Of a stretch of DNA of 64,000 bases, positions 49,523 to 60,784 are shown in pieces (the first letter of the stretch is position 1; every line of letters starts with the position of its first letter). The notes under the pieces were generated by a model, which worked only from the letters and a program-made list of their open reading frames with translations, was not told the DNA's origin and did not search any database. A program made the translations under genes and the position numbers. The stretch comes from Haliotis rubra (taxonomy: Eukaryota), in NCBI RefSeq assembly GCF_003918875.1, contig NW_025767357.1, positions 1,054,001 to 1,118,000 of the forward strand. The letters run 5' to 3'.

Positions 49523-51949
49523 TTAGGTCATCGTGTGGTCCCATTCGGGTTCCCAACCGGGGCCATTTGATTGGCCATCATCAAAATCGTACTCGTCCAC
49601 AGCAGCCAATAGGCGAGCAGAGGGAGTACTTCCTTCTAGAGGGATTCCTTCTGGCGGCATGACGTCAACACAATACATAGGATCGCCATTGTGCTTTGGC
49701 TGGTTGCTCTTAAACACTTCTGTTTCCTGAGAAGCCCAGTGATTGGTCAATTTAATTTCATTATAGGCACCTGCACGTTTCTGTTTGTCTTTATCAGCTG
49801 CCCAATGAGCAGGCATCATGCAGATAAAGACGACCCAGCGCCACCTATCGTCATGAGGACGCCCGAGAACTGGTGGGACATTATCGTGGACGGTTCTCGA
49901 GTCCCAAAGCACGACCCCGCCTTTTGGGACTGAAACTTTGACTTCTTCGCAACCCCGTTTCTCATACCACGCAGTTTGAGGTTTCGTAAGCCTGTAGAAC
50001 TCGCTCTTCAAGCTCCTTTTCCTGGCGTTGTCGAAATGGCTGAAAAATTCCTCGAAGTATCGGTGTGAATGTGACAATACTCTGAAGCAATGGTCCATTT
50101 CTGTCGCTTCTTCGAGATACAGAGCCCCCTGGTAGCCATGGAGACCTTTCCTCGACGGCTTCTGGTCGAGGTGAAACCATTTCTTGCCCTCATCAAAGAC
50201 TCCATCAGCCTCCTCAGGCGGCCTCGATATAGCAACGCCATCAAAACTAGACAGGAGTTTCTCCGTATCCCAGACCGAGGCGTACACTGGTTTGACCTTC
50301 AACCTCGCAGACCACGAGGCCCCAAAGTGTCCAATCCGGTACTGGTGTATAATTGACCTTCGACTCTTTGGGAAGTCGCCATTTTGAAATGTTCCAAGCC
50401 ATGATTTGTATTGTCCAATCAGCTCATCGCATTCTTTGGCAGTTATGACGTCAGGAATGACACAATATCCTTTTGTTGCCAGTTCCTTTTTCGTTGCTTC
50501 GCTGCAATCAAACAGATGTATTTCAAATATTACGCAAATGCTAAATGGAAATACTTCCCATACAGGCATCGGGTAACTGAAACTCTGAAACAGATCGGTC
50601 CCGTTCCCGTAAAAAACGTCCGGAATGTATTAAAATGTATTAAAAATTAAAATGGGCCCAGAATGAGCATACGTTATAAAATACTTCCTTTCCAGTCGCT
50701 ATACTTAGAAATGTTGTAATTAACACCTGTCTAAAGATTCATTTAAAAACTGCTAAACACTTTCAGGAAATCAAAATAATTATTTGGAACTGGATATAAA
50801 TTAGCACCTGCCGATCTGATTTTAAAGAAATATATAAAGAACAAAAAATATAAAGTCCGGTCTATCATAGCATGGGGCGTGGGGAAGACCAGTGGGTAAA
50901 GCGTTCGCTCGTCCCGGGTTCGATTCCCAACATGGGTACAATGTGTGAATCCCATTTCAGGTGTCCCTCTCCGTGATACGTGATATTGCTGGAATATTGC
51001 TAAAAGCGGCGTAAACCCCAACTCACTCACGCACGCACTCACTCACTCACTCACTCACTCACTCACGCACTCACTCACTATCATAGCATCCTCGCAATAA
51101 ATCTCTCTTACAGACCCTACACAATATGAATAAAGAGACCTTGACTCACATCCACTGACCTTTTCTCAGCTCAAGCATCATATAAATGCATTCCTACATA
51201 TAATATATATATATATATATACATGGCTATACGACCGTTTGGCGACATCCTGCTCGCTGCCCGTATAAATGCATTCTGTGAAACAAACCTATTTTACAGT
51301 TACTCTTTTATTAGGACTCAACAACGATTAACCATTCACACCAGCTACGGCCGAACACATTGACGTGCACGACATGTACTTTCCCGTACAGTGAGTGACC
51401 TTTGTTTTACGCCACTTACTACTATTCCTGCGATACTGCGACAATGAGCACTAGAAATTGGTTTCACACATTTTACATTTTACCCATGTAGGGAATTAAA
51501 CCCGGGACTTAGCCAGGCTACCCTGCTGTTGTAAAACAGGGTGCATTTACGTGCTTGTTATGTCTCCTAATCAACAGTAATCGTGCTATTGTCAATACGG
51601 AATCAACGTCTAGACTTTTAATCAATAAAACTTGACAAATTTATCCAACACCCGGGGTGGTGGGGCAGCCTAGTGGTTAAAGCGTTCGCTCGTCACGCCG
51701 AAAACCCGGGTTCGATTCTCCACATGGGTACAATGTGTGAAGCCCATTTCTGGTGTCATTGCTGACATTGCTGGAATATTGCTAAAAGCGGCGTTAAACG
51801 TAACTCAATCAATATCCAACACCCGATTACCATAAACAACTTTCAGCAATATGTCAACACATTTTCAGAGTAACACAACACTGTACAACGACAAGTCGAA
51901 CATTAGTTCAAATATTCTACCTGTCAATTGAAAGCGCTGACTCCGCCAT
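49523..51949 (-). CDS. PhyH-like Fe(II)/2OG dioxygenase, paralog 5 (most divergent)
   Basis: Exon 1 51949-51921 (MAESALSID-S, donor GTAGAA) and exon 2 50501-49523. WFHLDQ, GGVVLWDSRTVH and RWRWVVF are intact. Confidence 0.87.
50874..51078 (+). mobile_element. SINE family A with a long (ACTC)n tail
   Basis: Consensus match with TSD CTATCATAGCAT. Confidence 0.8.
51654..51811 (+). mobile_element. SINE family A
   Basis: Consensus match with TSD TATCCAACACCC. Confidence 0.8.
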
Positions 51950-53419
51950 TGTCGTTGTTGCCAGCGTCGGAATTATGATATTGGCAACCTGCTGCTCTCG
52001 CTCAGACTGAGCTGATTCAATTGCCAGTGTAGTATATATACACTCTGAATTAAGCCTCGTCTTCAGAACGTTGACAAAGCGAAAAGCTTTATGCTCTGTT
52101 TAACGTCATGGGCTATTTTTAGAACAAATCGCTGACCGGCGCCAAAAGACTGATCGATCTCTGATTGATATTGCACCATTGTTTGTTTCGTTAATACAAG
52201 AAAATATTTCGTCAACTTTTCGCTCAATTCCAACCCACCCTCCTCTTTCCGTTTGTGGTCCAAACGGGAGTGAATTTCCATGGTAACTGTGTTCGGGTGT
52301 CGTCACTTGTGAGCATTAAACATTGTAATCAACGTTGTAATCACGTTGTACAACCGGTTACATGATTACAACGCTTGACATAACGTTAGGCCCCATCCTA
52401 CATCCATGTAAAGCCCACGTTGTCCGTCGATAACAACGATGTCCTTTTGGCTGTCACTTGTTCGTGTTTCCTGGATTGGTCTGTTAGTAGTCAAAGGGAG
52501 ACAACCTCGCATGAACGACAAACACTGAAATCCAATTCATTGATTGAATGCAATGGTGGTGTTGACAAAATTCAAATTATAAGTTCGTTGAAATGGTGTC
52601 GTCAATATCAGTTGGATCACATGTACAGTTTCCTAGATGTCTGTTTTCATCGTCTATACATATATTTTGTTTTGTCTTTTCTTTTGCTTTATTTATGTTT
52701 GCTTTCTTGTGTATGTGTGCGTGTGCGTGTGCGTGGGAGTGCGCGCGTCTGTGTGGGCGTGTCTTAAACGATGCGCAGCCCAACAGTTAGAAATAATTTG
52801 GTTTGAGGCAATACCTTGGAGAATAGGTTGAAACATCTGGCGAACATTGACTAAGACAAATATAAATCAACTTCAACTCAAAATGGAATCAATCACGAAA
52901 TGTATGGCACCTTCACAGTGTCACGTAATGTTTGAACAAGGCACAAGGGCATATTGTCCTTGTTCTAGGGTAATAATATTGGGGAGGCTACACTCACGCA
53001 CGCACACGCACATGCAAACGCACACTATGTTGCGGATCCCAACTTGGACAATATCCATACGGGGTTTCCAAACAGGACAATCCCTCGCTCGACAATTCTC
53101 CACTCGACAATACCCAACATTCCACATACAAGATCCGGGTTAGACTTGGTCTTCAGTAACCCATGCTTGTCGTAAGAGGCGACTAACGGGATCGGGTGGT
53201 CAGGCTCGCTGATTTGGTTGACACCTGTCATCATATTACAATCGGGTGAATGTGCATGTCACTTCATTCTGTGGTCTAGACTGGATTATCAACAGACGCC
53301 TTCATAGAACTGAGAGAGGCGTCAGAAATGGGCTTCACACATTGTACCCATGTAGGGAATCGAATCGGGGTCTTCGACGTGATGAGCGAACGCTTCAACC
53401 ACTAGGCTAAACTGTTGCC

Positions 53420-53720
53420 CCCAAACCCTAGAGGATCTGTATACGAAATAGCATGCAACTGCGGAGACAAATACATAGGAGAGACATCACGTCCCATAGA
53501 GACCAGAATAAAAGAACATATGACCTCTGTTGAAATATCTGACATGAAATCTGCCCTTTCAGAACACCTCATCAAAAATCCCGACCACCATATTTCTTGA
53601 CATCAAACCAAGATTCTGTTGACCAACATCAACCACTGGACAAATAGGAAACGTCAAGAAAGAATGGAAACCCAAAGAATGAAGCCAGCCATTAACTGAG
53701 ACCAAGGCATCTACTTTCCC
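53420..53720 (+). mobile_element. Penelope-like element GIY-YIG endonuclease fragment
   Basis: GSVYEIACNCGDKYIGETSRPIETRIKEH...SALSEH...HHI, with in-frame stops downstream. Confidence 0.8.
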
Positions 53721-53840
53721 TGTGTGAACTCCATTGTGCTATAATCATTGACTTTGTCTTTAATTGGTGTCATTGTACATTAATCCTATCTATTTATACA
53801 TTCTCCCACCTTGCCTTGTGTTAACATGCTCTATCTATAT

Positions 53841-53971
53841 ATATTCATGCCAATAATGTTTGTCATCCACCTCCCCGTCCCAACCCCACACACACCTCAC
53901 ACCCCCACCCCACACCCTCTCCAATTAAAAAAAAATTGAAGGGGGTGACAACCATTATTGGCATGAGTATA
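53841..53971. mobile_element. Tiny TA-targeting MITE (same family as 60649-60739)
   Basis: TIR TA(C/T)TCATGCCAATAATG.TTGTCA. Confidence 0.7.
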
Positions 53972-55215
53972 TATTAACTCTGTGCACTGACCCAGCGTAA
54001 CAAGGGAAAATATCAAACTTCAAATTCTAAACTAAAACATCTACTCAAAAAACACTAAAAAACTACCATAAACCCAGAAATATTGACAGATCGATAACCA
54101 AATTGCAAACAGGTCACACAAAATTAAATTCCGATCCACATGAAATTAAAAAAACAACAACAAACAGACAAATGCACACACTGCAACAAACAGAAACGTC
54201 CCAACATGCCGTATTACACTGCAATCACTACCAACAAACAAAATGGTGCTCCAGAGTTCACTGGACACAAACACACATCTAAAATCTACAAACACTCCTT
54301 AGCACATTAAATAACACCCAGAACCTTCATAGCCTTAGGTATATTTCTTATCAAAACTGGCATTTTAGGTCGATTATAATCCCACATAACCAACTAGTGC
54401 TAACATAGAAGAATAATACAAAACGAAACATAAAAGCAAACAAAACAAATGCCAACCAAACCACCCTCCATCCCATTCGTGACCAACTCGTGTTATTCCG
54501 GGACAAGCGTCTTCTTGGAGGTTACGGAAAGGGGCGAATGGTGACGAATGCCTCCATCCAACTGTAGGGCAATATTTGCACCCGTCATGGTTCGATTTGG
54601 CCGATGCGTGGAAAGAGTTGTCTCCCTTCGACCGATTCACTGATCAAAGCACTGCCACATTTGCGTGAAATTTGTCAGTGTCATTTACGACAGATTACAC
54701 ATTGTATCTGTAATTACCAAAGATATCATTATTTCGTTCCTTTGATTGAACGTATAATGATTTAAGAAGAAATTGGCCTTATTTTAGATGGAGGTTAGTC
54801 TGAGGTCATCTAGAAATATACAAAGGTTGCGCTATGTGAGATAGTGAATATTAACTCTTATTTAACCAGTCGTCAAAATAGCTGCCTCGTTTTGATTATA
54901 AAGTTATATGAAAACCTTGACTACATAGTTATAAATATTTTTAAAATCGATGCTGAAAACACGTCTGTCGAGCGCAGTTTTCTGAAAGGCGTGAGTTTTG
55001 GGTTGTTGTTTTTCTTCTTTTAGCTGGTCTTTATTGTATTTTTATTGATTTTTTTAATTTTTTATTCATATTTGTATTAAAAACGATTGTCAAGATAAAT
55101 TAATGAAAATTTATTTTATTCTTGGGATACTTGCAGGGCAGAAAGAAATTAATTATCAATACAAGTTTGACACTCTTCTTCACATTATTGCGGATGCTAT
55201 TTTGTTATCAGCCAG

Positions 55216-55322
55216 GGTCTAGATTTTCGAAGCTCTCTTAGCGCTAAGATAGTCGTAAGTGCCATACATTAACATAAACTTACGACTATCTTAGCTCTAA
55301 GAGCGCTTCGAAAATCTAGGCC
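55216..55322. mobile_element. PIF/Harbinger-type hairpin MITE with CAG TSD
   Basis: Near-perfect 45-bp arms. An empty site is visible in the duplicated segment at about 56165. Confidence 0.85.
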
Positions 55323-55914
55323 CAGGATAATAACTGAAGCGCGGGATTTTAAAGTGATTTGTCATTTTTCCTAATCTATTTTTTTCCTTCTTTTTTTAGC
55401 TGAAAAGATGCATGCTTGAAAAACGAATGTATTGTCGCACAGTGTGTTCGAAGCGCCTGTAAAATATACACGATGTCATCACATTTTGTTGCAATTGTCC
55501 AAAGATCTTTGGCAGTCGTTCCCGATTTTTGTTTTTGACACCGCTTTGAGCAGCTGTTAATCATAAAGATGCACACTCTATTGGAATTACGTCACGTTTT
55601 GATTGTGTGTGTACGTGCGTGCGTGTGCGTGTGAGTCTGTTTCTATTTAAAGCGTGTACACATCCCATAGTTTGGTAGCACCCTGCTGAATTTCATTGAT
55701 AATTGACAAAACCATCATTCAGTCATCCATGCGAACATGGTATCAGCTTATGGTATGGTGTTCTTTCCTTCCCCTTCCCAGTGTTGATGTCCCTTCCCAA
55801 TGAGAGCAGCGTTGTTCAAAAGGGGGAAAGGGAGGGTAGACGATGATCCAAGATCAACTGCCACCACTTAGGAAAATGTTGATAATACATATTATTGATC
55901 ACTGATGATCTACG

Positions 55915-56093
55915 ACTGACTGACTGACTGACTGACTGAGTTTGGTTTTACGCCGCTTTTAGCAATATTCCAGCAACATCACGGCGGGCGACACCAGAAA
56001 TGGGCTTCACACATTGTACCCACGTGGGGATTCGAACCCGGGTCTTCGGCGTGACGAGCCAACGCTTTAACCACTAGGCTACCCCACCACCCC
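55915..56093 (-). mobile_element. SINE family A, CAGT-tail subfamily
   Basis: Consensus match with TSD GATGATCTACGA. Confidence 0.85.
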
Positions 56094-56348
56094 GATGATC
56101 TACGAGCATTATCAATACAAGTTTGACACTCTCCTTCACATTATTGCGGATGCTATTTTGTTATCAGCCAGGAAAATAACTGAAGCGCGGGATTTTAAAG
56201 TGATTTGTCATTTTTCCTAAACTTTTACTAATCTTTCTACGATCATCAGGACCGGTCAGCAGGCATCTCTCATGAGAGAGGTGGGAACATTCTGAGCAGT
56301 GAACTGCGCATGGCAAGGTTTCAGGACGCTGGGTTCCAAGGCTCCTAG

Positions 56349-56850
56349 ACACGTGAAGATCCGGGCTAAAATAGGTCTTCAACAACCCATGCTTATCGCA
56401 AGAACAGGCTAAGAGGATGGGTGGTGAGGCTCGCTGACTTGGTTGACACATGTCATCGTATCCCAATTGTGTAGCTCTATGCTCGTGGACCCGTGAAAGT
56501 CCGGGTTAGAATATTGATCTTCAGTAACCCATGCTTGTCGTAAGAGGCGACTAACGGGATCGGGTGGTCAGGCTCGTTGACTTGGTTGATACATGTCATC
56601 GCTTCCCAATTGCGCAGATCGATGCTCATGCTGTTGATCACTGGAATGTGTGGTCCGGACTCGATTATTTACAGACTGCCGCCATATAGCTGGAATATTG
56701 CTGAGTGTGGCGTAAAACTAAAGTCACTCACTGACGCGTGCTGCTGATAAATAGATTGTCTTGTCCAGATTCGAATATTTACAGCACGCCACCAAGTAGG
56801 TGGAATATTGCTGAGTGCGGGGTTAAACAATAAACCACTCACTCACTCAC
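56349..56850 (+). mobile_element. SINE family B with a younger family B copy (56488-56732) nested inside
   Basis: Two consensus matches, with the outer copy split around the inner one. Confidence 0.8.
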
Positions 56851-57224
56851 TGTGTTCCAGGACATGATTTTCACTCAACTACCAGATGCAGAAGAAGAAA
56901 ACGAAGAGGAAGAGTGTTGATGTTGTAGGGTGCCGCGTAAAAACAACAAAGAAACAAACAAATGGCCCAGCTTTATCATCTCGCGAGAATTTTCGTCGTT
57001 TCGCGAAACAAATGCAGCTGATTTTGTTGAGCGATGTTTAACCATTAGTGAGTCTTGAGTTCACCACTTTCAACCATAGAAAGATCTGACGAAACAAAAG
57101 TCAGGGGAAACACCTGACGAATAACTTCCGGTAAAGAAAGGAAAGTCGGTTTCATCACAAGGCAAGGTATTGGCTGGGTCAAATTAATCCTACTCATAGT
57201 GATGGACTGCCTCCCGAGAGACCA

Positions 57225-57405
57225 GGGCCCACGCGCACCAAGCAATCATAGTGTTAGGACGATCGTAACTCCTAAGACGCTTTGTGCAAGTGGGCCTGGG
57301 CCCCGTTCCTGAAAGCGATCGTAGCGCTAAGGTGATCGTAACTCCCATACTTTAACATAGACTTACGACTGTCGTAGCGCTACGATTGCTTTGAGGATCG
57401 GGACC
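57225..57405. mobile_element. Two adjacent Harbinger-type hairpin MITEs
   Basis: GGCCCAC...GTGGGCC and GGCCCCG...CGGGACC palindromic units with CWG flanks, related to 55216-55322. Confidence 0.6.
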
Positions 57406-57891
57406 CTGACCATTAACGGTCAATATGGCGATCTGCTTGCGCAACGACTAGAGAATACCAAGGCTCATTGTCGTGCAAGCTCACTAAAGGTGTGTTGTTC
57501 TCCCCGAATATTGTACCTGTGCAACATGCCTATTGTTGTCGTGACGGCAATTAATGCATGACTGTGAGTTTGAATTCAACGAACATCCGTAGCATTCACC
57601 AGACTTTTCAGGGACTGAGTTACCCATCCTCCAAATCTTGAAGAAAGATCTTTCTGGCAGGCTTCATGTCAATAATGTCATTCTGCTGTTGGGGACCTTT
57701 TGCCCCACCAAGAGGAAGCCATCTGCCCCAGTGGGATCCAAGCACTCCGACATCGTTGGTACATCGGAGGGGATTATAATAGCTTAACACCAAACTCCTC
57801 CAACGTCGCCAATCACAGTCAGACTGAAAGAGATTGTCCACACCTCGTCAAACGGAAATACACCTTCAGACACCTATATCAGCTTGCTATG

Positions 57892-58029
57892 TGAGTGAGT
57901 GAGTGAGTATGGTTTTACGCCGCTTTTAGCAATATTCCAGCAATATCACGGCGGAGGAACCAGAACACATATCGAACCCGTGTCTTCGGCGTCAGAGCAC
58001 GCTTTAACCACTGAACTACCCACCGCCCC
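57892..58029 (-). mobile_element. SINE family A (internally deleted)
   Basis: Consensus match with TSD AGCTTGCTATGT. Confidence 0.75.
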
Positions 58030-58267
58030 AGCTTGCTATGTATTTCACTAGGTCTACACATCAGTGTTTATGTTACTGGGCCTCCACACCTGCGTGTTGG
58101 ATTTCCCTGAGTCTATATGATACACTTCGATCTATAGTCGAGGGACACTTGGCGATTGGAGCGAAATCTGTCCAAGGTGACTCAACTGAACGTTTGGCGT
58201 TCTGCGCGTGACAGCTGCAGGCGGGGATAGGAAAAGCGTACACTTTCGCTGTGCATTTTGGTCGTAG

Positions 58268-58460
58268 TTGTTAAACGCAGCATGCCGACGGTCTGTAAAT
58301 AAGGAAATCTGGACCAGACAATCCAGTGATTGACATCATGAGCATCGATATACGAAATTGGGATACGATGAAATGTGACCTGACCACCCGATCCCGTAAG
58401 CCGCCTCTTACGACAAGCTGGGTTGCAGAAGACCAAATTCTAACCCGGATCTTCACGGGT
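58268..58460 (-). mobile_element. SINE family B
   Basis: Consensus match. Confidence 0.75.
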
Positions 58461-58639
58461 ATGTGTGTGTTGGAGGAGGGTTGTGGGAGGTGGCCAGTGT
58501 CCATGTGGGATGTGTCCGGTGTATGAAGGACATTAATCTGTGCAGTGATTGCTTGGAAGCATGTTTCTATTCAGTTTATGTATCTCTGATATCCTATAAT
58601 ATCGTGACCTAAATAAAGAACACATCAAACGAGTTTAAA

Positions 58640-58770
58640 TATACTGAACAACATTAGAAACGCACCAAACTAAAATGCACCGACGATGCTTAGATATCAT
58701 GGGTACATTTCAGTCTGACGGGGATATTTCGTATTATGTGGGTGGTGCGTTTCTAATGTTGTTCAGTATA
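58640..58770. mobile_element. Short Tc1-type MITE
   Basis: Perfect arms TATACTGAACAACATTAGAAACGCACCA. Confidence 0.8.
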
Positions 58771-59747
58771 TTTCTTCCAAAAGGCATGCAGTCCCCTTGC
58801 TTGTCGGTACAACAACCCATATGACGAACGTTAGAACGGAGCTTCAAGTAAAATCATGGTACTCGTATCCTCAGTGAATATCAAGGCCCTCGATATTTAC
58901 GAGTACTAATAATGTCTTAATCATATGACAGTGAACTTGTCAGCTCGGTGGAAAGAAACAAAAACTGACCAGATACAATGAACATTAGGTTGAAGTTAAA
59001 CCTGCTTCGCAACAATGTTAACCATGTACACACCATTGTTGACGTGATATTCAGTGACGTAAATACATTATGACGTTATACTTGTGACCTTGCGTGTACT
59101 ATGACGTTATACTTCTGACGTCATCACTAGAAGTTGCTGCTTTTACTGTCCAGCGGTGTGTTACTAATGGGCCATGAAAACTGCATAAGCCTGTGTCTTG
59201 ACACTGAAAACGTACGCGAGTGTAATAATCTGAAATATACTGACATTTCTATAAATTTCTCATGGAAAAAAATATTTCACCTTCAAATGCAAAATGTATG
59301 TTGCTGCGACTATCATAACATGAACATTTTGGAAAAAGAACTTCGGCTAAACAGGGGCACAAACTGTCCAGTGGTCTTGCATGAAGCCTTTGATTGCGTT
59401 CCTTAGTCGTTCCAGGATCCGCAGGTCGTGACCGTATTTTCGCCCCGATCGCGATGATTGTTTTTTCTGCATCACATCCACGTGAGTGAGTGAGTGAGTG
59501 ATATCACGTCGTGGCTGGAATATTGCTAAAAGCGGCGTAAAACCATACTCACTCACTCACTCACTCGCAAGTCTAGGTTACCACAGTATCAGGAAATGAA
59601 GAACGTCTCTGGGCTCCTTTTTAGCATATTTTATGAATATTATCTACGAACTGTTTTTTCTGTTTGAAAAGATCATTTACAAAACTACATGCAAAACTAT
59701 GATGACAATGCTGCAAAATAAATTTCCTTTGGGATAATAAAGAAATT

Positions 59748-59813
59748 ATCTTGTCTTATCTTATCTTATCTTATCTTATCTTATCTTATCTTATCTTATC
59801 TTATCTTATCTTA
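59748..59813. repeat. (TCTTA)n microsatellite
   Basis: Directly visible. Confidence 0.95.
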
Positions 59814-60226
59814 CATGTTAGTCTACCATATTTGGTAAGTGAACATTTGGCTACATTTGTAGCGCTTCATAAATCTTGTTTTTTCATATATTTGACATTC
59901 TAAAGCATTTACTTGCCAGTTTACCCGAACGTATCAGATCCCATATAACTATATATACACGAAGAAAAAGGTCAATAACAGGTTAAGCAGCAATATCCTC
60001 CAATTACACATATCCCGAGCCTTGAACGTCTTTTGACGTCATTTGTATTGCAGATATACGGCTGAAACCTGCTGAAGTTGCTCAAGGCGGTCAAAATGCG
60101 TTATTCCACATGCAAATAGTGAGTGAGTGAGTGAGTGCAGCATTATAGTTATTCCACGGCGTGTCAACAAGGCTTAGAGGTCAGCCTGTCTTAAACTTCC
60201 ACCGGTACTCGCACGTGACTCCCACG

Positions 60227-60394
60227 AGTGAGTGAGTGAGTATGGTTTTACGCCGCTTTTAGCAACATTCCAGCAATATCACGACGGAGGTCACCAGAAA
60301 TGGGCTTCACACATTGTACCCATGTGGGGAATCGAACCTGGGTCTTCGGAGTGACGAGCGAACACTCTAACCACTGGGCTACCCCACAGCACCC
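60227..60394 (-). mobile_element. SINE family A
   Basis: Consensus match. Confidence 0.8.
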
Positions 60395-60472
60395 CACGAG
60401 CACGGGTATTGTGCTGACAAAGCATATTTATGGGACGAACAGGGATTCAAACTCAAGAAGGGGCGTTTCTGA

Positions 60473-60784
60473 GGTGATCTTCAGTAACCCATGCTTGTCG
60501 TAAGAGGCGACTAACGGGATCGGGTGGTCAGGCTCGCTGACTTGGTTGACACATGTCATCGGTTCCCAATTGCGCAGATCGATGCTCATGCTGTTGATCA
60601 CTGGATTGTGTGGTCCAGACTCGATTATTTACAGACCACCGCCATATATACTCATGCCAATAATGGTTGTCACCCCCTCAATATTTTTAATTGGAGGTGG
60701 GGTGGGGTTGTGGGGTGACAACCATTATTGGCATGAGTATAGCTGGAATATTGCTGAGTGCGGCCTAAAACTAAACTCACTCAC
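60473..60784 (+). mobile_element. SINE family B interrupted by a 91-bp MITE (60649-60739) at a TA
   Basis: The SINE consensus GCCATA-TA-GCTGG is split as GCCATA-TA-[TACTCATG...CATGAGTA]-TA-GCTGG. Confidence 0.85.

Noticed and set aside
53600-53830. Hammerhead ribozyme next to the Penelope fragment
   Set aside because: No CTGANGA...GAAA core was found downstream.
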